This document shows, piece by piece, positions 38,111 to 49,600 of a stretch of 64,000 nucleotides of DNA. A model generated the notes under the pieces. It had not been told where the DNA came from and ran no database searches. It saw only the letters and a program-made list of their open reading frames with translations. The translations under genes were made by a program, and so were the position numbers. Origin of the DNA: Amoebophrya sp. A120 (Eukaryota; Protista; Dinoflagellata); assembly GCA_905178155.1 (NCBI GenBank), contig CAJINV010000001.1, positions 13,363,713-13,427,712 of the forward strand, in the 5' to 3' direction. Each line of letters opens with the position of its first letter. Position 1 is the first letter of the stretch.

Positions 38111-40171
38111 TCAAAACTCAGCGTCGAGAGGCACAGACCCGGCCGCAAGCCTCTCCGCCCTGCGTTCCTCCTCGGACGCGGCACTGTACACGAACCCGCC
38201 CAACAGAGACCGCTCTACAGGCCCCCACCAAAAGAGGCGGCAGTTGCGGCGCACGCCCATGGAGAAGGGGTTCTTTTCGTCCGGGTAGGGTCGGGTCATT
38301 TCCTCGTTGGTGGTCAAATTCTGGGAGATCAGCCAGATGTGGAAGCAGCCCAGGTTGAACACCGCGATGCCGAACACGAAGCTGTAGAAAAACAAAAAGC
38401 TGGCCGCACCTTTCCGCCCGAACGACCGCATGGCGGCGTTGAAGCTCTTCGGACTCTGCACGAAGACGGTGGTCGCGGAGACGGTCAACACCCAGGCGCA
38501 GAGGAAGAACGTCGAGAAGAGAAACAGCACGAAGTATTTGTGGTTCCTCAGCCCGACGCAGTTGTTGATCCATGGACAATGGTGGTCGAACCGGTGCACG
38601 CAGTTGTTGCACTCACGACAGTGCTTCGCGCGGCTCGGCCGGTACAGATTGCACGTGGTGCACCACTTCCGCCGCAAGCGGACCCCGTTCACGATCTCCT
38701 CGATTTCTGGTTTCGCATTAGAAGTACTTCTTGTGCCACCGCCGAGCGTCTGGCTCCAGCTGTAGCTGTTGTTATCTCGCGGTAACACGCGATTCATATT
38801 CACCGCGTAGCGCTCGCGGTCGTCCGGTTGGTGTAGTTGGTATTGCTCTACAGATGAACCTGCACTACCAGCATGCGCACCAGCAGTGCCACCGCCACTA
38901 ATCGACGCCGACAATTTGGTTTTCCGCTGGTCTTGCATTCTCTGGAGTTCTTGTTCATTTGTGTAGTTCTCGTGGTCTAGTCTAATATCTTTGCTTTTCT
39001 TCTTACCAGATGGACTACTACTTCTGCTATAATTCTCCTCGTCCGCCGCTCTATGCTCCCCCTCCTGCAGCTCGATGCCGCCCCGGCTCTCCGCACGCTC
39101 CCTACCACTTCTGCTGCCGACTACTTCTGCTTCAGGCGACCCGCCTGGAATGTGCACGCTGCCATTTGGGACGACTTCGCGGCAGAGGTCGTAATCGTCC
39201 ATCATCGCAGCGACGGACCGGCTGCCGTTTTTACTGTACTCCTCGTCCCCGCCGACCGCCGCGGGATACAGACTTTCACGGGGTATGATCCCGGGATCTG
39301 TGCAGGCAGTGCGGAAGTAGGTGACTAGTGTCAGGGCGGTGAGGAACAGGGTTAAAGGCACGATCGCCCAGTACTGGTGCCCGGGTAGCTCCTGCTTGCC
39401 TCGGTACCGGGCGCGGTTTTGTTCGGAAGTGGATGATATTGTGGTTGTTAATGACGCTCCCCCTGTGCTATTCGTAGTTGTCAGAGGACGGTAGCTGTGC
39501 TGCAGCAAAGACGCGGACGGCGCTTGTGCGATCGGACTGGTCTTGCCGGTTGCAACAGAAGATGTCGCTTGCCGTCTGTGGTCCAAGAACGGTTTTGTTG
39601 AACTTGAGGCCACTGGCTTCGCACTACTACCAATATGCACTTGTGTTGCGGTTGCCGCAGGGACTGCTGAAGTGGAGGATACAGCCCTACTGATTTGCTC
39701 TGGGCCAACATGTTTGCCACCTGTCACGACCGCAGCTGAGGTTGTTTTGTAAAAATCTCGCTCAGCGTCGGCTTCTATACCCAGTGACCTGTAGTTCTCC
39801 GCGTCGAAAGTATCCACGTCACCCAGTTGCCTACCGTGACTGGTTTTCGGTCCGCAGAACTGCTCTACGTAGAATTCCGAGTCGGCTGGACACATAATCG
39901 GGAGAACCATGGAAAACAGCAGGACGACCGGCAGAACAATGAGTCCGGCAGTGATGACGAGGTTTTGCACGTCCGGCCCGGTGACCAGGGCTCCGTTCCA
40001 GAAAAACTTGTTGCGCCCCGGCCAGTTCTCCTCGAAGCGCACTAGCCGCCGGTGCTGCCTCTTGTTTCGCCGCGACGACGCGACCGGGTCCTCGAGCTCC
40101 ATGTTTATGTCCGCATGCCGCAGCCCCACTAGCTCCGTGCGATCCGCCCGTCGGGCTGCACCGCCCAGCAT
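38111..40171 (-). CDS. DHHC palmitoyl acyltransferase (ERF2/ZDHHC9-like)
   Basis: [79 protein letters not shown]; TM helices present. Confidence 0.95.
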   Translation of the reverse strand: MLGGAARRADRTELVGLRHADINMELEDPVASSRRNKRQHRRLVRFEENWPGRNKFFWNGALVTGPDVQNLVITAGLIVLPVVLLFSMVLPIMCPADSEFYVEQFCGPKTSHGRQLGDVDTFDAENYRSLGIEADAERDFYKTTSAAVVTGGKHVGPEQISRAVSSTSAVPAATATQVHIGSSAKPVASSSTKPFLDHRRQATSSVATGKTSPIAQAPSASLLQHSYRPLTTTNSTGGASLTTTISSTSEQNRARYRGKQELPGHQYWAIVPLTLFLTALTLVTYFRTACTDPGIIPRESLYPAAVGGDEEYSKNGSRSVAAMMDDYDLCREVVPNGSVHIPGGSPEAEVVGSRSGRERAESRGGIELQEGEHRAADEENYSRSSSPSGKKKSKDIRLDHENYTNEQELQRMQDQRKTKLSASISGGGTAGAHAGSAGSSVEQYQLHQPDDRERYAVNMNRVLPRDNNSYSWSQTLGGGTRSTSNAKPEIEEIVNGVRLRRKWCTTCNLYRPSRAKHCRECNNCVHRFDHHCPWINNCVGLRNHKYFVLFLFSTFFLCAWVLTVSATTVFVQSPKSFNAAMRSFGRKGAASFLFFYSFVFGIAVFNLGCFHIWLISQNLTTNEEMTRPYPDEKNPFSMGVRRNCRLFWWGPVERSLLGGFVYSAASEEERRAERLAAGSVPLDAEF

Positions 40172-41420
40172 ACAGTGAATATGACGAACCGGGTTCTGGT
40201 AATTCTGGGCTCACGTCCTTACTAATGTGGTCTTGCGTTCAGAGCGATCGCTTTCCTGATCGGCATCACTCCAGAGCTTCGTGTCAGTACCGCGTGCACG
40301 AAGATTGATGCTTTACGAATATCGCAGCGGCCATGGCAGTGCACAGTGGTTTGGTAGCTCGATGTCCCTAGCGGCTCTTCTGAGTCCCTGACTCGATGTC
40401 CCTACTCCTTACTGAAAAGTTGGTACTGCTCATCAAGCGAACAAAAATGTTTCAATCTTAACAAGGCAGTTGATTATCGGCACGACAACCAGCACGAAAC
40501 CGGAGTACAGAAAACAACGAAAACATTTACTTCATCCAGCAAACAACGACTTTTCTCCGTCTACACACGCAGAAACGATGAGACCAAGAAAAACGAGGCA
40601 AGACGCAACTGGTTTTTTGTCTTGAAGATTTCGTTGAACACCAACGACATCGGCACCATGTGCTAGCAAATTGTGGAAGTGCCCGAGTCCTCTGGGTGAG
40701 AACCTCTCGCTTTATTTTTTTTCAGGGGGTTACATGAAATTGCATTTGCCTTGGTGCGCGTTTGATGTGTTGCATATCTTGTCCCGACGACTTTGAAAAT
40801 ATTTACGTACTTAAACTCTTCGAACTCTAGTGTACATTGAAGGCGGTTCGACTAGTCTGGCGGACTAATCAAAGCTATCGTAGATCGAATCTCTTTGGAA
40901 TCGGCTCAAAAGGCGTAGGCAGGGAGGAAGTTCAGCTTCGGGTTACGAGCCTCTGCTCCTCGTAACATCAAGAGATTCGGCGGTGACTTTGCAATAAGCA
41001 TGTAATTTTCAAGGGGGTTGGAAAGGGTTAGCTGAGGGTGTTGTAGTAGTTCTTGAGGTCTCACTGGTGGGTAGATACTGTTCGGTGCGATCTCATTCAC
41101 GAAGCTAAAAAGATTTCTTTGCCCCGTCGCTCGTGACAGGGTGTGTTTTTTTGATTTTTCTAAGTGACAAAATGATGATGTTAGTTTAGGGAACCTTCAA
41201 GACCACGGTTAATGAGATCTCACGACAGACTTGTTTGCCATAACCTGCTGCTGTTAGTTTAAGTTTATACTGGAAAAAGAAAAACGAGTTAAGTTAGGAA
41301 CGAAATTGCTAAAACCTGCGTATTCAAAAGTGTTTTTAATTCTGCGTAACAAAGAACTACAATTGCATTTGCTTTTCGGCCTCCCCCAGGCGACGAGTGC
41401 TTCGCGCCTCGTGCACCTTT

Positions 41421-42071
41421 TTACTCCGATCCCTGCTTCTTCTTGCTCAGGTTCACTGTCTCGCGCTTGAGCACGTGCAACAGTGTCTGACTCGATTCGA
41501 GGATCTTCATGTAGGCAGCCTGTTTTTTGCGAATTCAATAAAATTTGTACATCTGTTGTAGCATGCCCTACCAACATGTTGTTATGTTGTTGCCATACAA
41601 GGAGGAACATAACAGGAAATTCCAAGTGAGGAAATCAACAAAGAGGAAAAAATCAACTGCGTCCATACCTCCGTCTCCTGGATTGTCTTGTCGTACTCGT
41701 TGCGAGCCTGAGTCTTGCGCACGAGAGACTCGTTAATCTTCTGCAACCGATCCGTCAAGATGGAAAGCTCCTTCTGGATCTGTGTTTGGCGAGTTAGAAA
41801 ACGGGTGTGATTTCAAAATTTGACTAAAGAGTGTGTTGTCGCTTGTTTCATGCAGGACAAAGAGAATTCAGTGTCATCAGGTTATTTCTGCTGGTGGTGA
41901 CCCAGACATGCAAACTGAAAAATCAGGGCCAAAACCCAATCGTACCTTTCCCTTGTCTTCCTCCTCCTTCAGGATTTGTCGGTTGAGCTCTTCGCGCTTC
42001 TCCCGAAGATCCTCGATGCTCTTGACGAGCTCGTTGTTGTAGTTCTGCAATGTTGCTCCCTGTGCCGCCAT
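41421..42071 (-). CDS. SSNA1: SSNA1/NA14/DIP13 microtubule-associated coiled-coil protein (3 exons)
   Basis: [29 protein letters not shown]...DKGK|IQKEL...YDKTIQETE|[20 protein letters not shown]...; GT-AG introns 41780-41945 and 41520-41668. Confidence 0.95.
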
Positions 42072-43094
42072 TTTGCTTGCTTTGTTTTATAGGCGTTGAG
42101 ATCCTATAAAAAAACTCTAAACCTGCTGATGATAACGCTCGAAAAAAATTCCGAACCGCCCTACAAGAAGGTTGATTGTGTTTTGGTGTTTGTTTTCGAA
42201 GTTCTTCAGCTTCACTAGAAGAAGGTGGCTTTTTTGTTGCTGGGTTGGGTGTGGTCGCGGAGCTATCCAATCTAGCGTAAACTTGCTGTCTGGGGGACGA
42301 TAGAAAACGCAACGAAATATCGGTGTCTCTAATTTCAGCAGATACTTTTTCCCAGTTATTCTTTTCGCCGAGGCTTCGTACTTGCAAAACGTAGCGCTAT
42401 CCTACACCAAACGTCAACGATGCTACGCCGTGCAAAAAGTCATCAATACGAGTTTGAACAGAGCCTTTGAAGCAAAACATTGCACGTAATAAATGGCATT
42501 TCAATCTGAGAGACTTCCCGTGTACGAAGGTAGTTGACGTTTACGTAAAGCATGAAAGAACGAACCGAGTTAATTGGTTTTCAAATTCGACGTAGTAATT
42601 CTAATTTCAACGACAAAAATGCTCTCATTTTCAATGCCCAGAAGCAGAACGCAACTAGCGAGCCATAACGAAGAAGCTTTTGGTAGACAAGACCGACCGG
42701 CACAAAGAAACTAACTCAGGTGTACGTAAAAAACCGTAGCTGGTCAACCGATCTAGACCAAGAGCAAGATATCTCAAATCGCACACTGCTGGAAACCATG
42801 TAACTGTAAGGCTCAGATGCAAACGCTAGCGGAAGGCTCTCTTCGGAAAGATGTACTTACGCTCGAATACCTCCCTACTCCCCAGCAAAAGTAAGTAGAC
42901 TTCGCTCCACAACAGGAGGCGCCCTGCCATTGATTCAGGACTACGCTCAAGAGACGCTCAGTTCAAGAACAGAATTCAATGAAAGCTTTTTGTGAAGTTG
43001 GTACAGCAAGATCAGCGACCTGGATGTGCGATAATCCTCCGAAATGAAGGAAGGGGGACAAGAAGAAAACCATGTGCGTTTAAGTAAGTACTCA

Positions 43095-46000
43095 CTACTC
43101 GCTTTTGTGCGGACTCGCGAGAATGCCGTGCTTAAAAACACCTTCAATAGCGGTTGTTTTATTTTCTGCCGGCGTTTCGTCTTCAGTCCCTGTTCCCAGC
43201 TCCAACTTCCCGGCTCCGTGCGGTCGCAGTTGTAGGTGCCCGAAGTTAAGCGGCAGGATGACTGGCTTGCTCTCATGCGACGAGCTTGCAGCATCGCTAG
43301 CGATTGCGTTTGTCTCTTCCAGAACGGTTCGCAGACACGAAACGAACTCTTCCGCAGCACTGCCACTGCTGTCCCACAGCTGTCCGTCCGAAAGTGCCGC
43401 GCATGAGTCTCGACGGAGCGTCACAGGGTTCCGCTTTTCGTCCAGAAACTCTACACCTCCTTCGTATCGCAGTTGATTGAAGTTTCGTTGGTGTGTTTCA
43501 TCGCTGACGACCACACACACTGAAACCCCCTTGCAAGACAGAGCATCTTGGACCCAATCTGCGGTAAGAGTCACGGATGCGAGCTTCCTCTGGTCTCGCT
43601 CTATCGCAGCGCTTAGCTTCCCGCGCCCGTGCTTTCCACGGCTGCCAGAGAAAGTCCCGTCAAACCGCCAGGATTTCAGCAAAGTCTCCTTGCTAGTTTT
43701 GTTAGGTGATGAAGCGCTGTGGTCCTCTCCTTGTTCACTTTGTTCCACCGTTGCAGCCGTCTCCTCTACCTCCAGCAACATTTGCCCTGCGCCGTCCCGC
43801 AGCCCCGCTCGCCACCCGCCCACGTAGACCAGTGGGAAGCTCTCGTCCACGCAGCGCAATTGCCCCTCGCCGTGCCGCTTGCCGTCGCGAAACTCGCCGA
43901 GATACTGGAAACTCCCGCTGTCTTCGAGGAGTTGGAAAGAACGATAGGTGGGTACTGCAGCAGCTTGCGCCCCACTGGTCGCAACGGGAGTCGTTGGCAC
44001 ACTGGTCGTCGCACCCTTCTTCGCCTGCAGGCCATGCGACGTTAACTTGCCCATGCCGTGGAATCGCCCTCGTTCGAAGTCGCCGTCGTAAATGAGTCGG
44101 CCGTCCCCGCTTACGTAGCTGCCGTGGCCGTGGAACTGGTTACTTTGCCACTGCCCCGAGTACTTTTCGCGCGTGGTGATGCACCGCCCAAAACCGCAAC
44201 GCTCGTCGTTCACCCAGTTCCCATCGTAGCAGAAAACTTGCGTCGCTTTGGGATCGGATTCCGCCACAGCAGCGACTGTTGTTTGCTTCAAATCCGCTAC
44301 GTTGCTTGCAGAACTACTTGTACCGCTTGTATTTTCCTGCTTTGAATCATTGTCCTTCCTTCGTTCTACCGTCATTAGCCCGTGCCCGTGCCTTTTGTCG
44401 GCGACCCACTGCCCGTCAAACCGCATGCCAAACTCCGGCGAAACGTAGACGCCTTCGCCGTGACGCTTGCCCTGCTGAAACTGGCCCTGGTAGCTGTCCC
44501 CGTTCTGCGGCCACGTGTAGCTGCCATAGCCGCGGTAGGGCGGTCGCTTCTTTTGCGCCGGGTTCACCTCGAGCTGGTGGCACTTCAGAAATCGCCGGCC
44601 CGACCGTGTGCGCACTGCCCAGAACAGGGCGAAGGAGAGACCATAAACGGCCCCGAGCTCCGCCCGCGCCTGCTTCGCGACAGAGGCGGCGAGCGAGGCA
44701 GCGACGGGCGCGACACCGTCGAGGGCCGGGATTAGAAAAAAACTCGACGAGGACAACGGTTGCGTGCAGTCGCGCAGGCTGCTGTTCTTGAACGTTTGCC
44801 TGTGTTTCCCGTACCCCGTCGCGCCGGAAAAAGTGAAGTACGCGTCGAAGGATCTTTCCTCGCCGGCAAAGAACGCAAGCTTCTGCAGGAACTCCTCGCA
44901 ACGTCTCCACAGTGCCCTGCGCACCGTGTCCACGCGGGCCAGAGCCTGCTCCGGCGCGTTCCCGTCTTCGTCGGAGGCATGCATGAACTTGTGCGCCAGC
45001 TGCCGCCCGAAATCACGCACCATGGCTGCGCTGTTCACTGGAGGGGGTGGCGTGGTTTGCATCATTTCCTCAAGATCATTTTTACCTTCGCCACTCTTTC
45101 GTCTTGCTGCCACATCAGCTGCTCCCGGCGCTTGTTGACCTTGTTGTTCCAATGGTAGAACTAAATCCTCGTCTTCCTCTCCCACACTTTTTGCAGCAGA
45201 AGACGACCCCTTCGGGGATGTGCGCAAGTCAAGCGGCAACTGGTCTAACTCGTCCGACTCAGTGCTCGAGCTCGTCGTTTCCGGCGAGTTTTGCGCATCT
45301 GCACCTGTCGCTGGAAACGCGATCAGCTCCTCGTCCGCGGAGTCGACAACTTCACTCGCACTCGCGCGGGCATCTACCTTCTGCTCCTCATTGCCAACCC
45401 CTGCATCTTCTTGTACTGTACCTGCAGCGGAAAAGTTCAGCTTTCGCGGCTCTGGAGCGGAGGAACACGCCGTGCCGGCAGCTCCGTGGTGCTCGCTGCT
45501 TCCCTGTTCACCGTCCGCGTTGGTTTTCGAAGTCCTTAGCTTGCCAATCAATGCGCGCTTTTTCTCGCTGGCCGCCCTGCTTTTTTGCTTGTACCAGGCC
45601 ATCGCGTCAGCTTTTTTCCTTCGCCAAGACGACGCCGTTTGCGCTGCGGATTCCCCCAGATCTACTTCGCGGAATTCTGACATGTCGACTTCGATGGGCG
45701 CATCGTCATCGTCGTCCATGGCGAACTGTTGCACTGCGCTCGGCGAACAGCTCATGTCCACGTCCCCCTCCACAGACGCGGCTGCGGTAGAGGCAGTTGT
45801 GGTGCCATCATCGTTGTAGAACCCTGTCAGGTCCACTGGCTTCCCCGAGGGGGCAGAAGTAGGCTCTTGTAGTTGTACACCGCTTGACGCACCGCTGGGT
45901 GTTTTTCCCGTCTGGGTCTGAGCAGAAGCTGAAGCTGCGGAGGTGGAACCGTCAAGAGCATTATTTGTTCTAGTGCCTTTACTCCGTGGCAAAATCACGC

Positions 46001-48401
46001 CTGCCAGCGTTTTCGACGCGAGGCTTGACTTCTTGTCCGCGGCCGCAGCTTTGCGTGCGAGAATGGCGGACGACCGCTTCTTCCTCTTCGGGGAGGAAAA
46101 GGGCGTGCGCAATCCGCAGGAGCGCTCCTCCGTCGAGAGTAGTTGCCCCGGCTCCACGTGCTTCACGAGTTTCGCGAGGTCATTCTGGAACTTCACGTCC
46201 GCAGAGGTCGGGTGACATGCCGCTTCTACATCCGGTCGGGTCCACCGTAGATGGGTGGTCACGTTTGCACCTGCGATGCTTCCCGGAAGCATGACGACAA
46301 GATCCGGCACGACGGTGGTCGGTGCTCGCGGTGGGAAACTGGGCTGTCGGGAGCTGCGAGCAGCTGGGGACGGCTTCTGCTTCGAGGATGCAACTCCTCC
46401 AGGGGTACCATTGGCGGGACTAGCTCTATTTGCATCTCTGCTCTCTGGACTTCTGCGCACATCGTGGTTATTCCCAGTGCTTTTAAAATCCTCATCCTCC
46501 TCGTCGTCAAGCTCTTCAGTCGTCTCCGGTCGTCCTGGTGTCGCTGCAACAGCCGAAAACTGATTCCTCATCGCGGTTTCGGCGTTGTACACTAGTAGTC
46601 GATTGCTCGTGCCAACTAGAAACCCAGTTGTGCAAACGAGACTGTCCAGGAGCTGCAGAGACAAGTACGGATACACTGGGTTCTTCTCGTGAAATAACCG
46701 CAGCGGCAGCCCGAACTTCTCGCAGGTGAAAAATTGGCGGCCGAAAGCGTAACTCAGAAACCCAAACCAGGAACACCCTGGGAGCAGGCTGCACAGCGCC
46801 AACACCACGGAGGAACAGACTTCGCTGCTCGGCGAGTACACGACAATTTTCCGCTCCAGCAGGATGGCCTTGAGGATTGATATCAACGTCCCTTTTTTCA
46901 GCGACTTCAGGAGGTAGAGGAGCGGATCTGCCAGGCAGTCATTCAACTCCGCATCGGACAAGGTGGGGAGGAGGAAACGCTTTGAAAGAAGTGCAGCGCT
47001 TTCCTCTGCTTCAGCTTCCTCATCACCTCTAGCGACTACCGCCCCGCTTGGCGTCGTTTCTCCCGCTGCAGCGGCCTTACTCGGCGATATCTGCGAGGAC
47101 CCCCGGTTCTTTGCTGGCGACGCAAACGAGCCGGCACTGTCTGTCCGTGTTCTGTTCGGTTGAATCACGAGTGAGTGCGGCGTGATGCCCTGTCGGATGT
47201 AGTCGTACCACTCCCGCAAGATGTCGCGAACGCCGTCCGTTTCTCCCAGCAGGCAGATTCGTGCAATCGGCAGCAACCGCTTGCGCAGGTGGCCGAAAAA
47301 CGGGGCCTTGGAGAGCAGCACGAGCGCCGACTGGCGGTACCCGCGCTTGCTCCCGGCACAAACCTGCCACCCGTACAGCGAGATGCCGTACAAAACCGAG
47401 TTTTTTGTCGTCGGCAAAATGAAATAGGTGGTGGAAAAGGAATCCTCGCGCACGGCATGCCCCCCGTCCGGAATCGACAGAAAGGCGAGGAACGGTTGCA
47501 GATCCTCGTGGAAAGTGATGGACGACTCTGAACTTTCAGTAAGTAGATCTCCGCCACAACTACTGCTGTTCTGTGCTTGCAACGGAAGTTCGACTGATTC
47601 CAGGCTTGCATTCTCCGCTGTGCCACTTGCAGCAGATTTCCGTATTTCTGTCGCTGGTTTTGCCTTACTGCTTGTGCTTCCCCCTGAACTGAAGCAGCGC
47701 ACATCCGGCGCGAGCACCGGAAACTGAACGCTGCGCTCCCCCCGTATTGAAGGACTAGATGCCGTTGCTGCATTTGTTCCTTGCTCACCGCGCACATAGT
47801 TCAGAGAGGGTGCTGCAGCATCTGGTGTTTTTTCGCCTCCCAGGTTTTCTTCTTCTCCGCTGTAGAACCAATCTACGACGGGTCCTTCTACCTCGTCAAA
47901 AATCACCACGCCCACCCCGACTAGGCAATGGCCGGGCACTATTGGCAACCCACAATTCCAGGCGTTGTTGGCACTCGGCTGCGGGGGTTTCCGCTTGGCG
48001 TCTGGAGAAAAAGCCTCAACGTCCTCGAGGTTACTTTGTCCACCATTCCTCGAAGGAGTTTGCGGTCCTGCTGGTAGACTTCTGTCTGCGTCCTCCTGCA
48101 CTGATCTTGCACTAGTATCCTGCGTTCCAGTAAGAACAGTCGTTTCTGCACTCTTATCTGCAACGTCGGCGCCGAGCACATCGATCATGGACTTCTTTGT
48201 CTCTCCGAACAAGCTTGACGCGGCGGGAGTCAGAACCGCATGGTCGCGCAATACATCCCCGAGGCTCGGGTCGTAGAGCGGCAATGACCAATCTTCTTCC
48301 CCAATTTCAAACTCCGTAGCCTCGTCGTCCGGTAGTTGAGAGTTTGCGCTGCCTTGCGGGCTCTCCCGCGGCTTTAGGGCGTCACGGAATTTGCGGAACA
48401 T
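43095..48401 (-). CDS. AVL9/DENN-like domain protein with C-terminal MORN repeats
   Basis: VVIFDEVEGPVVDW, FLAFLSIPDGGH, YFILP..LYGIS, RQSALVLLSKAPFFG, LKAILLERKIVVY, YPYLSLQ..FLVGTSN (AVL9/DENND6-like). Repeated YxGxF/WxxGKRHGxG MORN units. Intronless. Confidence 0.85.
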   Translation of the reverse strand: MFRKFRDALKPRESPQGSANSQLPDDEATEFEIGEEDWSLPLYDPSLGDVLRDHAVLTPAASSLFGETKKSMIDVLGADVADKSAETTVLTGTQDTSARSVQEDADRSLPAGPQTPSRNGGQSNLEDVEAFSPDAKRKPPQPSANNAWNCGLPIVPGHCLVGVGVVIFDEVEGPVVDWFYSGEEENLGGEKTPDAAAPSLNYVRGEQGTNAATASSPSIRGERSVQFPVLAPDVRCFSSGGSTSSKAKPATEIRKSAASGTAENASLESVELPLQAQNSSSCGGDLLTESSESSITFHEDLQPFLAFLSIPDGGHAVREDSFSTTYFILPTTKNSVLYGISLYGWQVCAGSKRGYRQSALVLLSKAPFFGHLRKRLLPIARICLLGETDGVRDILREWYDYIRQGITPHSLVIQPNRTRTDSAGSFASPAKNRGSSQISPSKAAAAGETTPSGAVVARGDEEAEAEESAALLSKRFLLPTLSDAELNDCLADPLLYLLKSLKKGTLISILKAILLERKIVVYSPSSEVCSSVVLALCSLLPGCSWFGFLSYAFGRQFFTCEKFGLPLRLFHEKNPVYPYLSLQLLDSLVCTTGFLVGTSNRLLVYNAETAMRNQFSAVAATPGRPETTEELDDEEDEDFKSTGNNHDVRRSPESRDANRASPANGTPGGVASSKQKPSPAARSSRQPSFPPRAPTTVVPDLVVMLPGSIAGANVTTHLRWTRPDVEAACHPTSADVKFQNDLAKLVKHVEPGQLLSTEERSCGLRTPFSSPKRKKRSSAILARKAAAADKKSSLASKTLAGVILPRSKGTRTNNALDGSTSAASASAQTQTGKTPSGASSGVQLQEPTSAPSGKPVDLTGFYNDDGTTTASTAAASVEGDVDMSCSPSAVQQFAMDDDDDAPIEVDMSEFREVDLGESAAQTASSWRRKKADAMAWYKQKSRAASEKKRALIGKLRTSKTNADGEQGSSEHHGAAGTACSSAPEPRKLNFSAAGTVQEDAGVGNEEQKVDARASASEVVDSADEELIAFPATGADAQNSPETTSSSTESDELDQLPLDLRTSPKGSSSAAKSVGEEDEDLVLPLEQQGQQAPGAADVAARRKSGEGKNDLEEMMQTTPPPPVNSAAMVRDFGRQLAHKFMHASDEDGNAPEQALARVDTVRRALWRRCEEFLQKLAFFAGEERSFDAYFTFSGATGYGKHRQTFKNSSLRDCTQPLSSSSFFLIPALDGVAPVAASLAASVAKQARAELGAVYGLSFALFWAVRTRSGRRFLKCHQLEVNPAQKKRPPYRGYGSYTWPQNGDSYQGQFQQGKRHGEGVYVSPEFGMRFDGQWVADKRHGHGLMTVERRKDNDSKQENTSGTSSSASNVADLKQTTVAAVAESDPKATQVFCYDGNWVNDERCGFGRCITTREKYSGQWQSNQFHGHGSYVSGDGRLIYDGDFERGRFHGMGKLTSHGLQAKKGATTSVPTTPVATSGAQAAAVPTYRSFQLLEDSGSFQYLGEFRDGKRHGEGQLRCVDESFPLVYVGGWRAGLRDGAGQMLLEVEETAATVEQSEQGEDHSASSPNKTSKETLLKSWRFDGTFSGSRGKHGRGKLSAAIERDQRKLASVTLTADWVQDALSCKGVSVCVVVSDETHQRNFNQLRYEGGVEFLDEKRNPVTLRRDSCAALSDGQLWDSSGSAAEEFVSCLRTVLEETNAIASDAASSSHESKPVILPLNFGHLQLRPHGAGKLELGTGTEDETPAENKTTAIEGVFKHGILASPHKSE

Positions 48402-49042
48402 TTGCGTGGGATCAGGAGAATCGAAGGAACGTGATATGAGAGTGAAGAGAAAATCGTGTTCCCGGCAGATAAGCACGACACAAAACTTATCTGAGTCTGG
48501 CAGTGGAGAATGAGAATGGAAAATTCAGTAAAAAGAAACAGTAAACGTAGAGCCTGAATAAAACGTCACTACTGCCGCCGGACTTCGTTTCCGCGGCTCG
48601 GTCGCAAATAGGTTGCTGCAGCTGCAACAATATGATTTTCACAGAGACAGAGACAGGGGTCCTGGTAATTTTAACGACGAGCAGACTAGCAAGTATAAGG
48701 TCCACCGTCCTCGTTTCCACTATGCACTTTGGAAAATCCAGGGGGCGCTCGTTATCTGTTTGTCCGCTCCGACGCTTCTCATCCTCGAAAAAGAAAACGT
48801 GTCTCGGGTGCTAAACTATCTACGGCAAATGCCGCACTTCGTTCGGCCTCTTTCTTTATAATTTCTATACCAGCAACAACTGAACAAGACAGATTGAGTT
48901 GGGAGCAATCACAAACGAGCACGAGCAGAAGGAGCACGTTGTTACGTTGCTATACGCGCGCGCAAGCACTGCGTAAGGACGGGATTTTCATTTTTATGCT
49001 TAGACAATCAATTTACTCCGGCAAACCGCTACGCTCGCTTCT

Positions 49043-49600
49043 TCAATCTCCCCAACACAGTACTCGTTTGCTTATGTCTTTCACAAGAAATTCCATCCCG
49101 GGCAACAGCCCGGTCCCTGTCAACGCGCTGCATCCCACGATGCTCCAGTGGCGCGTTTGAATCTGGTCCAAATCCAAAAAGTCTTTTATCTCTACCGAAC
49201 TGAGCGCCCCCGGTAGGTCCTGCTTGTTCGCGAAGACCAGTAATGTCGCCCCGGCGAGCCGATCCTCTTTCAGCAGTTGTTGCAACTCGTCCTTGCAGTC
49301 CTGCAACCGCTTGCGATCCGTGGAATCGACCACCCACACGAGACCGTCGGTCGATTCGAAGTAGTTCCGCCAGTAGCTGCGAATGGTTTTCTGTCCGCCC
49401 ACGTCCCAGATGTTCAGCTTGTAGCCCAGAAACTCGAGGGTGAATATGTTGAAACCCAATGTTGGACTGATCTCGTCGATGGAGTCGCCGTTGAACTTTT
49501 TCACAATGGTGGTCTTGCCGGCGTTGTCCAGACCGAGGATCAGGAGCCGGAGCTCCTTCTCCTTTGTCTTGATTTTGCGGAGAAGCGTGAGGAGGCCCAT
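49043..49600 (-). CDS. ARL2: ADP-ribosylation factor-like GTPase 2
   Basis: [77 protein letters not shown]; 185 aa. Confidence 0.97.
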   Translation of the reverse strand: MGLLTLLRKIKTKEKELRLLILGLDNAGKTTIVKKFNGDSIDEISPTLGFNIFTLEFLGYKLNIWDVGGQKTIRSYWRNYFESTDGLVWVVDSTDRKRLQDCKDELQQLLKEDRLAGATLLVFANKQDLPGALSSVEIKDFLDLDQIQTRHWSIVGCSALTGTGLLPGMEFLVKDISKRVLCWGD

